Part shown: piece by piece, positions 54,148 to 64,000 of the stretch
How the letters are laid out: each line of letters begins with the position of its first letter
How positions within the stretch are numbered: position 1 is the stretch's first letter
Assembly (NCBI GenBank): GCA_964291265.2
Contig: OZ219747.1
Coordinates: 3,840,001 to 3,904,000, forward strand
DNA: 64,000 nucleotides
Source of the DNA: Alphaproteobacteria bacterium
GTDB lineage: Bacteria > Pseudomonadota > Alphaproteobacteria > SP197
Direction of reading: 5' to 3'
The notes under the pieces: model-generated
Seen by the model: only the letters and a program-made list of their open reading frames with translations
Database searches by the model: none
Told to the model about the DNA's origin: nothing
Program-made: the position numbers and the translations under genes

Positions 54148-55806
54148 ATGACGTTCGACCACGACACCGAGTTCGTCATCGTCGGTTCCGGATCAGCCGG
54201 CTCGACCCTCGCAAACCGGCTCTCCGCCAATCCGGTGCACCGGGTTCTGGTGCTCGAGGCCGGACCGATGGACCGCGGCCTCTTCAGCTGGATGATTCAC
54301 ATGCCGACGGCCTTCGCCTGGCCGTTGCGCGACGATCGCTTCAACTGGTTCTACCACACCGAACCGGAGCCCGCGCTCAACGGCAGGGTGATCCACTGCC
54401 CGAGGGGCCGTGTGCTCGGCGGATCGAGTTCCATCAACGGTATGGTCTACATTCGCGGCCATGCCCTCGATTACGACAAGTGGGCACAGCGCGGCTGCCG
54501 CGGCTGGTCCTACCGCGACGTTCTGCCTTATTTCCGGAGAGCCGAAACCCACGAGAACGGGAGCGACGACTACCACGGTGGCAGGGGGCCTCTCCATGTC
54601 ACCGCCGGGCGCCTCGGGAGCAACCCGCTGCATCGGGCCTTCACGGCGGCGGCCGTCGAGAGAGGCTACGCCGAGAGTTCCGACCTCAACGGCTTTCGCC
54701 AGGAGGGTATCGGGGCCATGGACCGCACGACCCGCAACGGAAGGCGCTGGAGCACGGCGACGGCCTACCTCAGGCCGGCGCTGCACCGGGCCAATCTCTC
54801 GCTTGCCACCCGGGCGCTCGTGACCCGCGTTCTCTTCGAGAACGGGCGAGCGGTGGGCGTCGAATACACACACCGCAACAAGGTTCTCAGGGTTCGCGCC
54901 ACGCGCGAGGTCATTCTCGCGGGAGGCGCCATCAACTCGCCCCAGGTCCTGCAGCTCTCCGGCATCGGCCACGCCGACCGCCTTTCCGGTCTCGGCATCA
55001 CGCCTTGTCACGACCTGCCCGGAGTGGGAGAGAACCTGCAGGACCACCTCGAGGTCTTCGTGCAGCACGAATGCACGGAACCGGTCAGTCTGCTGCGCCA
55101 CCTGACACCCCTTGGCAGGCTGAAGGTCGGCCTCAGGTGGTTCCTCGCGAAATCCGGGCCGGCCACCACCAATCACATGGAATCGGGCGGATTCATCCGC
55201 AGTCGGGCCGGCATCGAACATCCCGACATACAGTTCCATTTCCTGCCCATGGCCATGACCTACGACGCCTTCAACGTGAACCGCGTGCACGGTTTCCAGG
55301 CGATGGTCGACATGATGCGGCCACTCTCGCGGGGATATGTGCGGATCCGCAGCACTGATCCGCGCGAGGCGCCCGAGATTCTCTTCAACTACCTCAAGGA
55401 ACCCGGGGACGTGCGATGCCTCGTGGACGCTGTCCGCCTGACCCGGGAGATCCTTGCCTCGAAGGCCTTCGACCGCTACCGCGGCCAGGAGATCTGGCCT
55501 GGAGAAGACCGGCAGACCGATGAGGAACTCGAGGCATGGATTCGCGCGACCTGCGAATCGAGCTACCACCCTTCCTGCACCTGCGCCATGGGGAGTGTTG
55601 TCGACTCGGAACTGAAGGTCCGTGGCATCGAGGGCCTGAGGGTGGTGGACGCCTCGGTCATGCCCGACATCGTTTCGGGCAACCTCAATGCCCCCGTCAT
55701 CATGATCGCGGAGAAGGCCAGCGACATGATTCTCGGGCACCCTCCACCCGATCCATCAGAGGCCCCGGTGTGGGTTCACCCCCGGTGGGAAACACACCAG
55801 CGCTGA
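54148..55806 (+). CDS. betA: Choline dehydrogenase (GMC oxidoreductase)
   Basis: GSGSAG, PRGRVLGGSSSINGM, GENLQDHLE, YHPSCTC, GNLNAP. Confidence 0.85.
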   Translation: MTFDHDTEFVIVGSGSAGSTLANRLSANPVHRVLVLEAGPMDRGLFSWMIHMPTAFAWPLRDDRFNWFYHTEPEPALNGRVIHCPRGRVLGGSSSINGMVYIRGHALDYDKWAQRGCRGWSYRDVLPYFRRAETHENGSDDYHGGRGPLHVTAGRLGSNPLHRAFTAAAVERGYAESSDLNGFRQEGIGAMDRTTRNGRRWSTATAYLRPALHRANLSLATRALVTRVLFENGRAVGVEYTHRNKVLRVRATREVILAGGAINSPQVLQLSGIGHADRLSGLGITPCHDLPGVGENLQDHLEVFVQHECTEPVSLLRHLTPLGRLKVGLRWFLAKSGPATTNHMESGGFIRSRAGIEHPDIQFHFLPMAMTYDAFNVNRVHGFQAMVDMMRPLSRGYVRIRSTDPREAPEILFNYLKEPGDVRCLVDAVRLTREILASKAFDRYRGQEIWPGEDRQTDEELEAWIRATCESSYHPSCTCAMGSVVDSELKVRGIEGLRVVDASVMPDIVSGNLNAPVIMIAEKASDMILGHPPPDPSEAPVWVHPRWETHQR

Positions 55807-56031
55807 GTCCCGAACCCCACCCAAGTGCATGCGCACCGGCATATCCGGAAGATGCATGCCATGGCTGCGAGCCAGTCGACGAATGCCGCTTTCTGCAGAT
55901 TGGCATGGCTGCCTGTCGGTCAGCACGCCAGCCGCAGGGCGCGAGTGCCTTCGTGTTTCTGTCGCCGAACAACCCGGAAAGGCCGCAATCTCAGACGTCC
56001 TGACCTCGTTCTTCAGCCGGTCGAAGAAGCG

Positions 56032-57105
56032 TCAGACCATGTCGAGGGACTCACGCACCCAGCGCTGGAGGATGGCAATCGAGTGCTCGCTCATCACGCC
56101 GCCCCGGGGATTGACGACGAGCGGACCCGGTTCGTAGTGACCGCTCTCGAGGCCACGCTGAACCGATTCCACGATGTCGATATCCTCCGCCAGGGTGGTT
56201 TCGCGGTCGAGCCGCGCCAGTTGGCGGGCCGTCGCGTCACTCGCGTCATGGCGTCCATACCAGCCACGGCGCACCGTGACCGTGGCATGACTCGTTGCTT
56301 CCCAGTGGAAGGTGTTGAGAAGACTCCCGGGGTAGACCTGGAAGGAACAGGTCGGCCACAGATACCAGGAACTGTAGGACAGGGCTCCAGCATCCGAGGC
56401 ATCGACGTCGTAGGTCATGAAGTCGGACCGTGCGGCGAAGGTCGTATGCCTGAGGCAATGACCCTGCGGCCGGATGTCGTAGCTGTCGGGATCGAGGACG
56501 CCACTGGACAGCGTCGGATGACGCAGTTTGCAGTGGTAGCACTCGTTGTAGTTCTCCACCGAGACCTTCCAGTTGCAGGCTTCCTCGACCACCACCTCGT
56601 CCACGGGCCGCAGATCGTCGATGAAGGGCACCAGGCCACGCAGTTCCTCCTTGACGCCGGGGTACCAGTCTTCCATTGGAAGCGCCTCGCGATCGGGGTT
56701 GACGAAGACAAAGCCGCAGAACACTTCGCAGCGAACCTCTCCCAGGCGGATCGAGCCGGCATCGAAACACGGCACGTCATCACTTCCCGGGGCACTCTTG
56801 AGATCACCGTCGAGGTCATAGCACCAGCCGTGATAGGGGCAGGTGATGAGTCTCCTGTTGCCCTTGCCGGCAAGGAGCTCGTGACCCCGGTGCCGGCAGA
56901 CATTGTGGAAGGCCTTGACCGCTCCCGAAGGGTGGCGGACGGCCATGACTGCCTCCCGGACGACATAGTCTCCGGGGCGGGGCAATTCGGACTGATGGCA
57001 GACGAGTCGCCAAGTGTGGCCGAAGATCTTCCTGCGCTCTTCCTGGAAGATGCCGTGATCGGTGTACCAGCGGGCACCCAGGGCCCGTTGCAGTTCACTG
57101 GTCAT
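56032..57105 (-). CDS. Rieske non-heme iron oxygenase alpha subunit (carnitine/choline monooxygenase-like)
   Basis: CRHRGH...CPYHGW Rieske motif; NWKVSVENYNECYHCKLRH; EDIDIVESVQRGL. Confidence 0.88.
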   Translation of the reverse strand: MTSELQRALGARWYTDHGIFQEERRKIFGHTWRLVCHQSELPRPGDYVVREAVMAVRHPSGAVKAFHNVCRHRGHELLAGKGNRRLITCPYHGWCYDLDGDLKSAPGSDDVPCFDAGSIRLGEVRCEVFCGFVFVNPDREALPMEDWYPGVKEELRGLVPFIDDLRPVDEVVVEEACNWKVSVENYNECYHCKLRHPTLSSGVLDPDSYDIRPQGHCLRHTTFAARSDFMTYDVDASDAGALSYSSWYLWPTCSFQVYPGSLLNTFHWEATSHATVTVRRGWYGRHDASDATARQLARLDRETTLAEDIDIVESVQRGLESGHYEPGPLVVNPRGGVMSEHSIAILQRWVRESLDMV

Positions 57106-57205
57106 GGGCCGACTCCACCCTCGTCGTGGTTCCTGTCATTCCGTAATGTATGCGCTTTCATCTCGACAGGTGAACCTCTCCCCTGATACAAACTGCTCGT
57201 GTGGC

Positions 57206-57281
<76 letters not shown>

Positions 57282-58344
57282 GTTCTTTCAAGGGCTTGGA
57301 CACAGGCGCCCAAGTCCTGTTCTCTTCGGGCAAGTACGGGGCGATACACGATGTATCCGGGCGGAAGCCGCCGCTGCCGGTGGGCTGTCGCCAGCTTGTC
57401 CGTCCGACCCTGCCTGCTTGTCGGAGTTGGACATTGTCCGGCAGGGGATTCGTCCGTGAACTGGATCCGGACTTTGCGAATCGGTCCGGGTCTTGACAAG
57501 TCAAGCGCGAACGTCTCTCGGAGTCGATGCCAACGTATGGCAGCTACCCCATGTGGCCTCGACAACAGGCCATTGGGTGCTTTCCTTCCCTGATCTCACC
57601 AAGATGCCTCTTGTTGAACAGGGCGCGTCGGCCTGGCGGTCAGGCGCATGCCTGAGCGCAGTGTGGTGGTGCTGGCCGACGCTCGTTGACGAACCCCGGG
57701 GATTTCCGGCAACACCCGCGTCCATGGCCATCAAGGGTCCGCTTCGCATCAGGTGTCGGGAGTGGTCCACCTTGAGGACAACAACACCCTGCATGAAGAT
57801 TCCTCCTGTCGTGGGGCAGCGGGTGGAAGCGGAAACCGGCGGACAGCCGGGGCCCGTGAACCCCGAGAGGCGCGCGCTCCATGCTGCTGTTCGTCCCCGG
57901 CCAGGCCGGGTCCATCGCGGAGTGCGGTGGCGCTGGTCGGGCACGGTTTGGCAACGGGCTCGATGACGCCGCACTGCAAGGTCCTCGTCGCCCATGTCCA
58001 CCTGCTCGCATCATCGTGCACCCACGCGCCGGACCACGCACCCGTCCGACGGTCACGACAGGCTCAACACGCATGTCGCGGGATGAGCAGGCACAGTGAC
58101 TCGAGAGAAATCCTGATGCGAGGAGTGACAATGACCCTGAGTCATGAACCGTTCCATGACGCCACCTCGCCGCATGGATGGGTTGGCGACGGGGAGGGCA
58201 CCATCTGCTGAAGGGCCTCGATCGAAACCTTCGGGCCAGCCAGCGCGAGCTGCGTGCAAGAGTCGCATCGTCGTGCCTGTTCACGGCGCTCGCTCAGAAG
58301 CGGTGTCGCTTGGCGTCCGGGTGCCATCTCGAGGTGAGACATCT

Positions 58345-59514
58345 TCACATGAGACCGGTGGTGTGGCGCGGGACCTCCGTGTCGCGGTGCACATGGACGT
58401 TGGCGATGAGTCCGAAGGCCATCATCAGGGTCAGCATGGCCGTGCCGCCGAACGACACCAGGGGCAGGGGCAGGCCGACGATGGGAATCAGTCCGGTCAC
58501 CATGGCAATGTTGGAGAAGACGTAGAGAAAGAAGGTCGACACGATTCCCAGCGCCAGCATTCGGCCGAACTGGCTGCTGCTTCGTGACGCGACCCCGACG
58601 CCATAGAGCACGATAAGGCAGTAGAGAAGGATGAGACCGAGGGCGCCGATCAGTCCCAACTCCTCGGCGAGCATGGTAAAGATGAAGTCGGTGTGTTTTT
58701 CGGGCAGGAAATTCAGCTGGCTCTGCGTGCCGTTGAACAGGCCCTTGCCCCACACGGCTCCCGAACCGAGAGCGATTTTCGATTGCTGGATGTGGTAACC
58801 GGCACCCAGGGGATCAAGGCTGGGGTTGAGGAACGTCAGCACACGGTCCCTCTGATAGGGCAGGAGCGTATCCCAGACCACCGGAGCCAGGCCCACGATG
58901 GCGGAAAACCCGGCGACGAACCAGCGCTTGCGGACGCCGGCAAGGAACATCAGCGTGAGGCCACCAGCAACCATCAGGAGACCGGTCCCGAGATCCGGCT
59001 GGCGGACCACCAGGATCGAGGGCAGGAGGATGAGGATCAGTGGAACCGGCAGGCTGGTCCATCGCCGCGCAACATTGAGCGCCAGGCTGTGATAGTAGCG
59101 GGCAAGCGCCAGGATCACGGCAAACTTCATGAGTTCCGATGGCTGGAACTGGAACGTCATGCCGCCAAGCGTGATCTGAATCCAGCGTTGCACGCCGATG
59201 CCGCTGATCCCCGGAATCGCCATGGCGAACAGCAGGGCAAGCGCTCCGGCGTAGATCAGGTAGGCCCACCGGTGCACGTGTCTGATGTTGATCACGGCGA
59301 TGGCGAGAAAGAGAAGCATCCCTGCGCCGAAACGCAGAAGCTGGGGCAGTGCCCATGGTCTCCACTCGCCCCCTGCTGCCGAATAGAGCATCAGGACCCC
59401 GAAGCCGGCGACCAGAGCCAGGAGAAGGAGCAGACCCCCGGCCATGCTGGCGAGTTTGCCGCCGACAAGACGGGGGCCGCTGGCAAGGGAGTTGGGCGAC
59501 ATCGCGACCATCAC
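58345..59514 (-). CDS. rodA: Rod shape-determining protein RodA
   Basis: QPSELMK, QPDLGT, GYHIQQSKIALGSG, PEKHTDFIF. Confidence 0.95.
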   Translation of the reverse strand: MMVAMSPNSLASGPRLVGGKLASMAGGLLLLLALVAGFGVLMLYSAAGGEWRPWALPQLLRFGAGMLLFLAIAVINIRHVHRWAYLIYAGALALLFAMAIPGISGIGVQRWIQITLGGMTFQFQPSELMKFAVILALARYYHSLALNVARRWTSLPVPLILILLPSILVVRQPDLGTGLLMVAGGLTLMFLAGVRKRWFVAGFSAIVGLAPVVWDTLLPYQRDRVLTFLNPSLDPLGAGYHIQQSKIALGSGAVWGKGLFNGTQSQLNFLPEKHTDFIFTMLAEELGLIGALGLILLYCLIVLYGVGVASRSSSQFGRMLALGIVSTFFLYVFSNIAMVTGLIPIVGLPLPLVSFGGTAMLTLMMAFGLIANVHVHRDTEVPRHTTGLM

Positions 59515-61355
59515 GCGGCCCCCGACACCGCGTCGCCGGTGTTCCAGCGGACCGACTGGCGCCTCTGCGCCTCACGCAGCACATCGCGCACCACAGGCGC
59601 CGCGGAGCCGGACCCGGCCCCCCCGTGATCAACGATTGCGGCGGCGACGTAACGGGGTTCGTCGAGTGGCGCATAACCGACGAACAGCCCATGGTCCCGT
59701 TCTGCCCAGGGTATGTCCTCGTCGTTCGAGCGCCCTTCCCGTTCTGCCTTCCTCAGACGACGCACCTGGGAGGTGCCGGTCTTGCCCGCCATCTCCATGC
59801 CCTTGTCCCGGATCCTTGCCTTGTAGGCCGTCCCCCCGGTACTGTTGACCACCTCGACCATGCCCTGGCGTACGATCTGCAGGTGAGCGGAATCGACATC
59901 AAGGGCGGCAAAGTCAGGCACCTCCTTGTCGGCGGGATGGCGCACCAGCCGCGGTGTCACCCGAAACTCCCCGTTGGCGATACGCGCCGTCATGAGCGCG
60001 AGCTGGAGAGGCGTGGTGAGGACATCACCCTGACCGATACCGACATTGATCGTGTCACCGCCGTACCACGGCACGCCATAGACGGCCCGTTTCCAGGCTA
60101 CGGTAGGAACCAGGCCCGTCCGTTCCCCGGTGAGCTCGATCCCGGTCGTCTCTCCAAGGCCGAACCGCCGGGCCATGGCAGCGATCCGGTCTGCACCGAT
60201 GAGATGGGCCACCTCGTAGAAGTAGACGTCGCACGATGCCTTCAGGGCATCGATGAGATCCATCCAGCCATGCCCCCAGTGCCGCCAGCACCGGAAGGTC
60301 CGGTCGCCCAGGGTGAAGCTCCCGGGACAGTGGAATGTTGTCTCAGGCGTCACCGCTCCGGCTTCCAGTGCCGCCAGGGCAACGATCATCTTGAACGTCG
60401 AGGCTGGGGGGTACTGGCCGGCAACGGGCTTGTTGAGCAGGGGCGAACGGGAATTGTTGAGCAAGGCCTGCCAGGCATCCCCGGTCAGTCCGATATTGAA
60501 CACGTTGGGATCGAAACTCGGAACCGATGCCAGGGTGAGCACATCGCCATTGCGGGCATCAAGAACGACCACGGACCCCGTCTGATTCTCCATCCGGCGC
60601 ACGGCAAACTCCTGGAGCGTCATGTCGATGGTAAGGCGGATGTCCGAACCTGGATCATCCTCGCGGCGCTCGATCTCCCGGATGACGCGTCCCACGGCAT
60701 TGACCTCGACCTGGCGTGTGCCCGGCGTTCCCCGCAACTGCTGCTCGTAGACCTTCTCTATTCCCGTCTTGCCCGTGCGGAAACCGGGGAATTTCAGCAC
60801 CTTGTCGCCTTCGAGTTCGGCTTGTGACACTTCGCCGACATAGCCTGAAACATGGGCCACGAGGTCAGCAAAGGGATAGTGGCGATGCGGAACCGTCTCG
60901 ATGACAATTCCCGGCAACATCGGCAGGTTCACTTCGATGCGCGCCACCTCCTGCCAGGACAGGTTCTGACGCACGGTAACGGGGATGAATCCCTCCTGAA
61001 CTCCGGTCTTGCGCAGCACCTTCGCCATGGCGCCGCCATCAAGCTCGATGAGAGTGGCGATGCGTTCGAGCGTGATCTCGACATCGTCGGTCTGCTCGGG
61101 TGTCATGATCAACTGGTAGGTGGGGCGGTTGACTGCAAGGCCCTCGCCAAACCGGTCAACAATCAGACCGCGGCGGGGCGGCAACAGGCGGATACTGATG
61201 CGATTGTCATTGGACAGCCGCTGATAGCGCGCCGCATCGACAACCTGGAACTCGTAGAGGCGCCCGGCCAGGGCAGCGATCAGCAGTCCCTTGACGCCAA
61301 AGAGGACGAGCGACCGGCGGTTGACCAGGGTTCGCTGCTCGAAGTCCTCACGCAT
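59511..61355 (-). CDS. mrdA: Penicillin-binding protein 2
   Basis: STFK, SCD, KTGT motifs; mre operon context. Confidence 0.95.
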   Translation of the reverse strand: MREDFEQRTLVNRRSLVLFGVKGLLIAALAGRLYEFQVVDAARYQRLSNDNRISIRLLPPRRGLIVDRFGEGLAVNRPTYQLIMTPEQTDDVEITLERIATLIELDGGAMAKVLRKTGVQEGFIPVTVRQNLSWQEVARIEVNLPMLPGIVIETVPHRHYPFADLVAHVSGYVGEVSQAELEGDKVLKFPGFRTGKTGIEKVYEQQLRGTPGTRQVEVNAVGRVIREIERREDDPGSDIRLTIDMTLQEFAVRRMENQTGSVVVLDARNGDVLTLASVPSFDPNVFNIGLTGDAWQALLNNSRSPLLNKPVAGQYPPASTFKMIVALAALEAGAVTPETTFHCPGSFTLGDRTFRCWRHWGHGWMDLIDALKASCDVYFYEVAHLIGADRIAAMARRFGLGETTGIELTGERTGLVPTVAWKRAVYGVPWYGGDTINVGIGQGDVLTTPLQLALMTARIANGEFRVTPRLVRHPADKEVPDFAALDVDSAHLQIVRQGMVEVVNSTGGTAYKARIRDKGMEMAGKTGTSQVRRLRKAEREGRSNDEDIPWAERDHGLFVGYAPLDEPRYVAAAIVDHGGAGSGSAAPVVRDVLREAQRRQSVRWNTGDAVSGAA

Positions 61356-61356
61356 G

Positions 61357-61896
61357 TCAGCCTGAACCGGCAACCTCCCGCGCGGCAAGGGACAGGAGAC
61401 CCTGACACCACGCGAGGAGTCGGTAGACCACCGGGAACAGGGCCACCGTCAACAGGACCTGGAAGACATGGACAAGCAAACCGGGGGTGGACCACAGATA
61501 GAGAGCAGCCAGCATCCAGTCAATGATCGCCGCGGCCGTGAGCACGAATGCATACTCGGCCCAGACGATATGGAAGGACTTGCGCAGGAAGTAGCGGCGG
61601 CGCATCAGGACGCCATGGCGCACCATGACAAGGACGAGAGCCGTGATGCCGAGCGGCAGCCCGGTCATGAGGTCCGCAACGATGCCGAGAAAGAAGGCGG
61701 AACCGTAGCCGAAGAGATCGGGGCGGTAGACAGTCCAGAAAATGACGGCAGTCACCCCGAACCGCGGGACCACATCACCAACATGACCGAAGTAGAGCGG
61801 TGTCGAGGTGATGAGCACCAGAGCGACGCCAGACACCATGGGCAGGAATGATGCCCCCCGGTGCTTCAGATTTCCTCGCCAGTCCTCGATCACCAC
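61357..61896 (-). CDS. mreD: Rod shape-determining protein MreD
   Basis: Hydrophobic; FWTVYRPDL, DLMTGLPLG; lies between mreC and mrdA. Confidence 0.85.
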   Translation of the reverse strand: MVIEDWRGNLKHRGASFLPMVSGVALVLITSTPLYFGHVGDVVPRFGVTAVIFWTVYRPDLFGYGSAFFLGIVADLMTGLPLGITALVLVMVRHGVLMRRRYFLRKSFHIVWAEYAFVLTAAAIIDWMLAALYLWSTPGLLVHVFQVLLTVALFPVVYRLLAWCQGLLSLAAREVAGSG

Positions 61897-62750
61897 AACG
61901 GTTCCAGCATCCCGGCCTCGCGTGTCTTCTGCATGAGTCCGGGCAATGTGTAGTCGAGCACGCGTACATGCTCGATGCGGGCAGGGTCGACGAAGGGTGT
62001 CACGTGGGGAAGACCGCCCTGTGAACCGGTCACAACCCCGACAGGAATGCCAGGAGGCAGCATTCCTCCATCTCCTGAAGTCACGAGGCGCTGGCCGACA
62101 TCAATGGTGCCGGCCAATTCCGTGAACAACAACGACAGGACGCGCGAATTGTCGCCGCTGACGATGGCGGGCCTGCGACTGGATTCGAAGACAACGGGAA
62201 CACGGCTGTTGAGATCGGTGAGCAGCAGAACCCTGCTGCTGTGCCGCGCCGCCTCCGTGATTCTGCCGACAAGTCCATGGGTCGCAACCACCGCCTGCCC
62301 CACCCTGACGCCGTCACGGGTTCCGGCGTTGAGAACCGCCGTCCTGACGAACGTTCCGCTGGATTGACCGACTATGCGGGCCGTGACGAAGGCCGAGCGC
62401 GGTTCGGCGACACTCGAGAGGAGTTCACGGAACTCGTGGTTCTCGGCCAGCAGCTGGCGTGCCGTTGTCTGCCAGTGCATCAGGCGCGCGTTTTCGCGGC
62501 GCAGTCTTTCGTTCTCGGCCGCAACATCGAGCCAGCCGCTGACTGAGTTCACCACCGCGTTGACTGCCGATACCGGGCGGGAGGCCACATCGATGACGGG
62601 AGCCAGGACATCCAGGGTGACCGTGCGAGCATCCGTGACCCAGGAATTGTCCGTTCGACTCATGAAGATGAAGGCGAAAGCAGCGACGACAAAGAAGGGT
62701 AGTGCAAAGCGTTGAGTGGTCTGTCGGTTGAGCAGGACTAGCTTCAGCAT
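61890..62750 (-). CDS. mreC: Rod shape-determining protein MreC
   Basis: TM plus coiled coil ENERLRREN; GLVGRI, LLTDLNSRVP, VTSGDGG. Confidence 0.93.
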   Translation of the reverse strand: MLKLVLLNRQTTQRFALPFFVVAAFAFIFMSRTDNSWVTDARTVTLDVLAPVIDVASRPVSAVNAVVNSVSGWLDVAAENERLRRENARLMHWQTTARQLLAENHEFRELLSSVAEPRSAFVTARIVGQSSGTFVRTAVLNAGTRDGVRVGQAVVATHGLVGRITEAARHSSRVLLLTDLNSRVPVVFESSRRPAIVSGDNSRVLSLLFTELAGTIDVGQRLVTSGDGGMLPPGIPVGVVTGSQGGLPHVTPFVDPARIEHVRVLDYTLPGLMQKTREAGMLEPLW

Positions 62751-62785
62751 GCGTCAATCACCACCTCGTCAATGCGCAGCGTCCA

Positions 62786-63898
<1,113 letters not shown>

Positions 63899-64000
63899 TC
63901 AACACCGGCTGACAACCATACAACCATGTACCCTTCATATCACGATCGGCCGCCACATTCGAACGCAATCAGGTCAAGGCCGGTCAATTTCGCGCCTTGT

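Overview
GC-rich bacterial chromosome segment. Gene content and CIRCE/sigma32-type groESL promoters point to an alphaproteobacterium, probably Rhodospirillales-like; host or sponge association is inference only. Left arm: aminotransferases, MATE pump, crotonyl-CoA carboxylase/reductase, a sugar ABC + aldolase + dehydrogenase + apionate-lactonase-like operon, zwf and repair genes. An accessory patch at about 24.6-30.8 kb holds an IS1634 (6-bp TSD) that splits a zinc-metallopeptidase/beta-barrel lipoprotein gene, a collapsed nest of three IS remnants and a Uma2 endonuclease. A complete IS66-family element (37612-40494, 8-bp TSD) has its transposase interrupted by a 660-nt ORF-less group II intron whose precise removal restores an in-frame 594-aa transposase; it also carries a decayed DUF4338-like passenger gene. 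Two CIRCE-regulated groESL operons bracket an atypical his operon (long hisG, hisB, hisH, hisF, HisA-like/HisI/HisE fusion resembling fungal His4). The window ends with a betA-like oxidoreductase, a Rieske oxygenase, tRNA-Lys(CTT) and mreBCD-mrdA-rodA. All calls come from reading the sequence and recalled family motifs; no database search was run.
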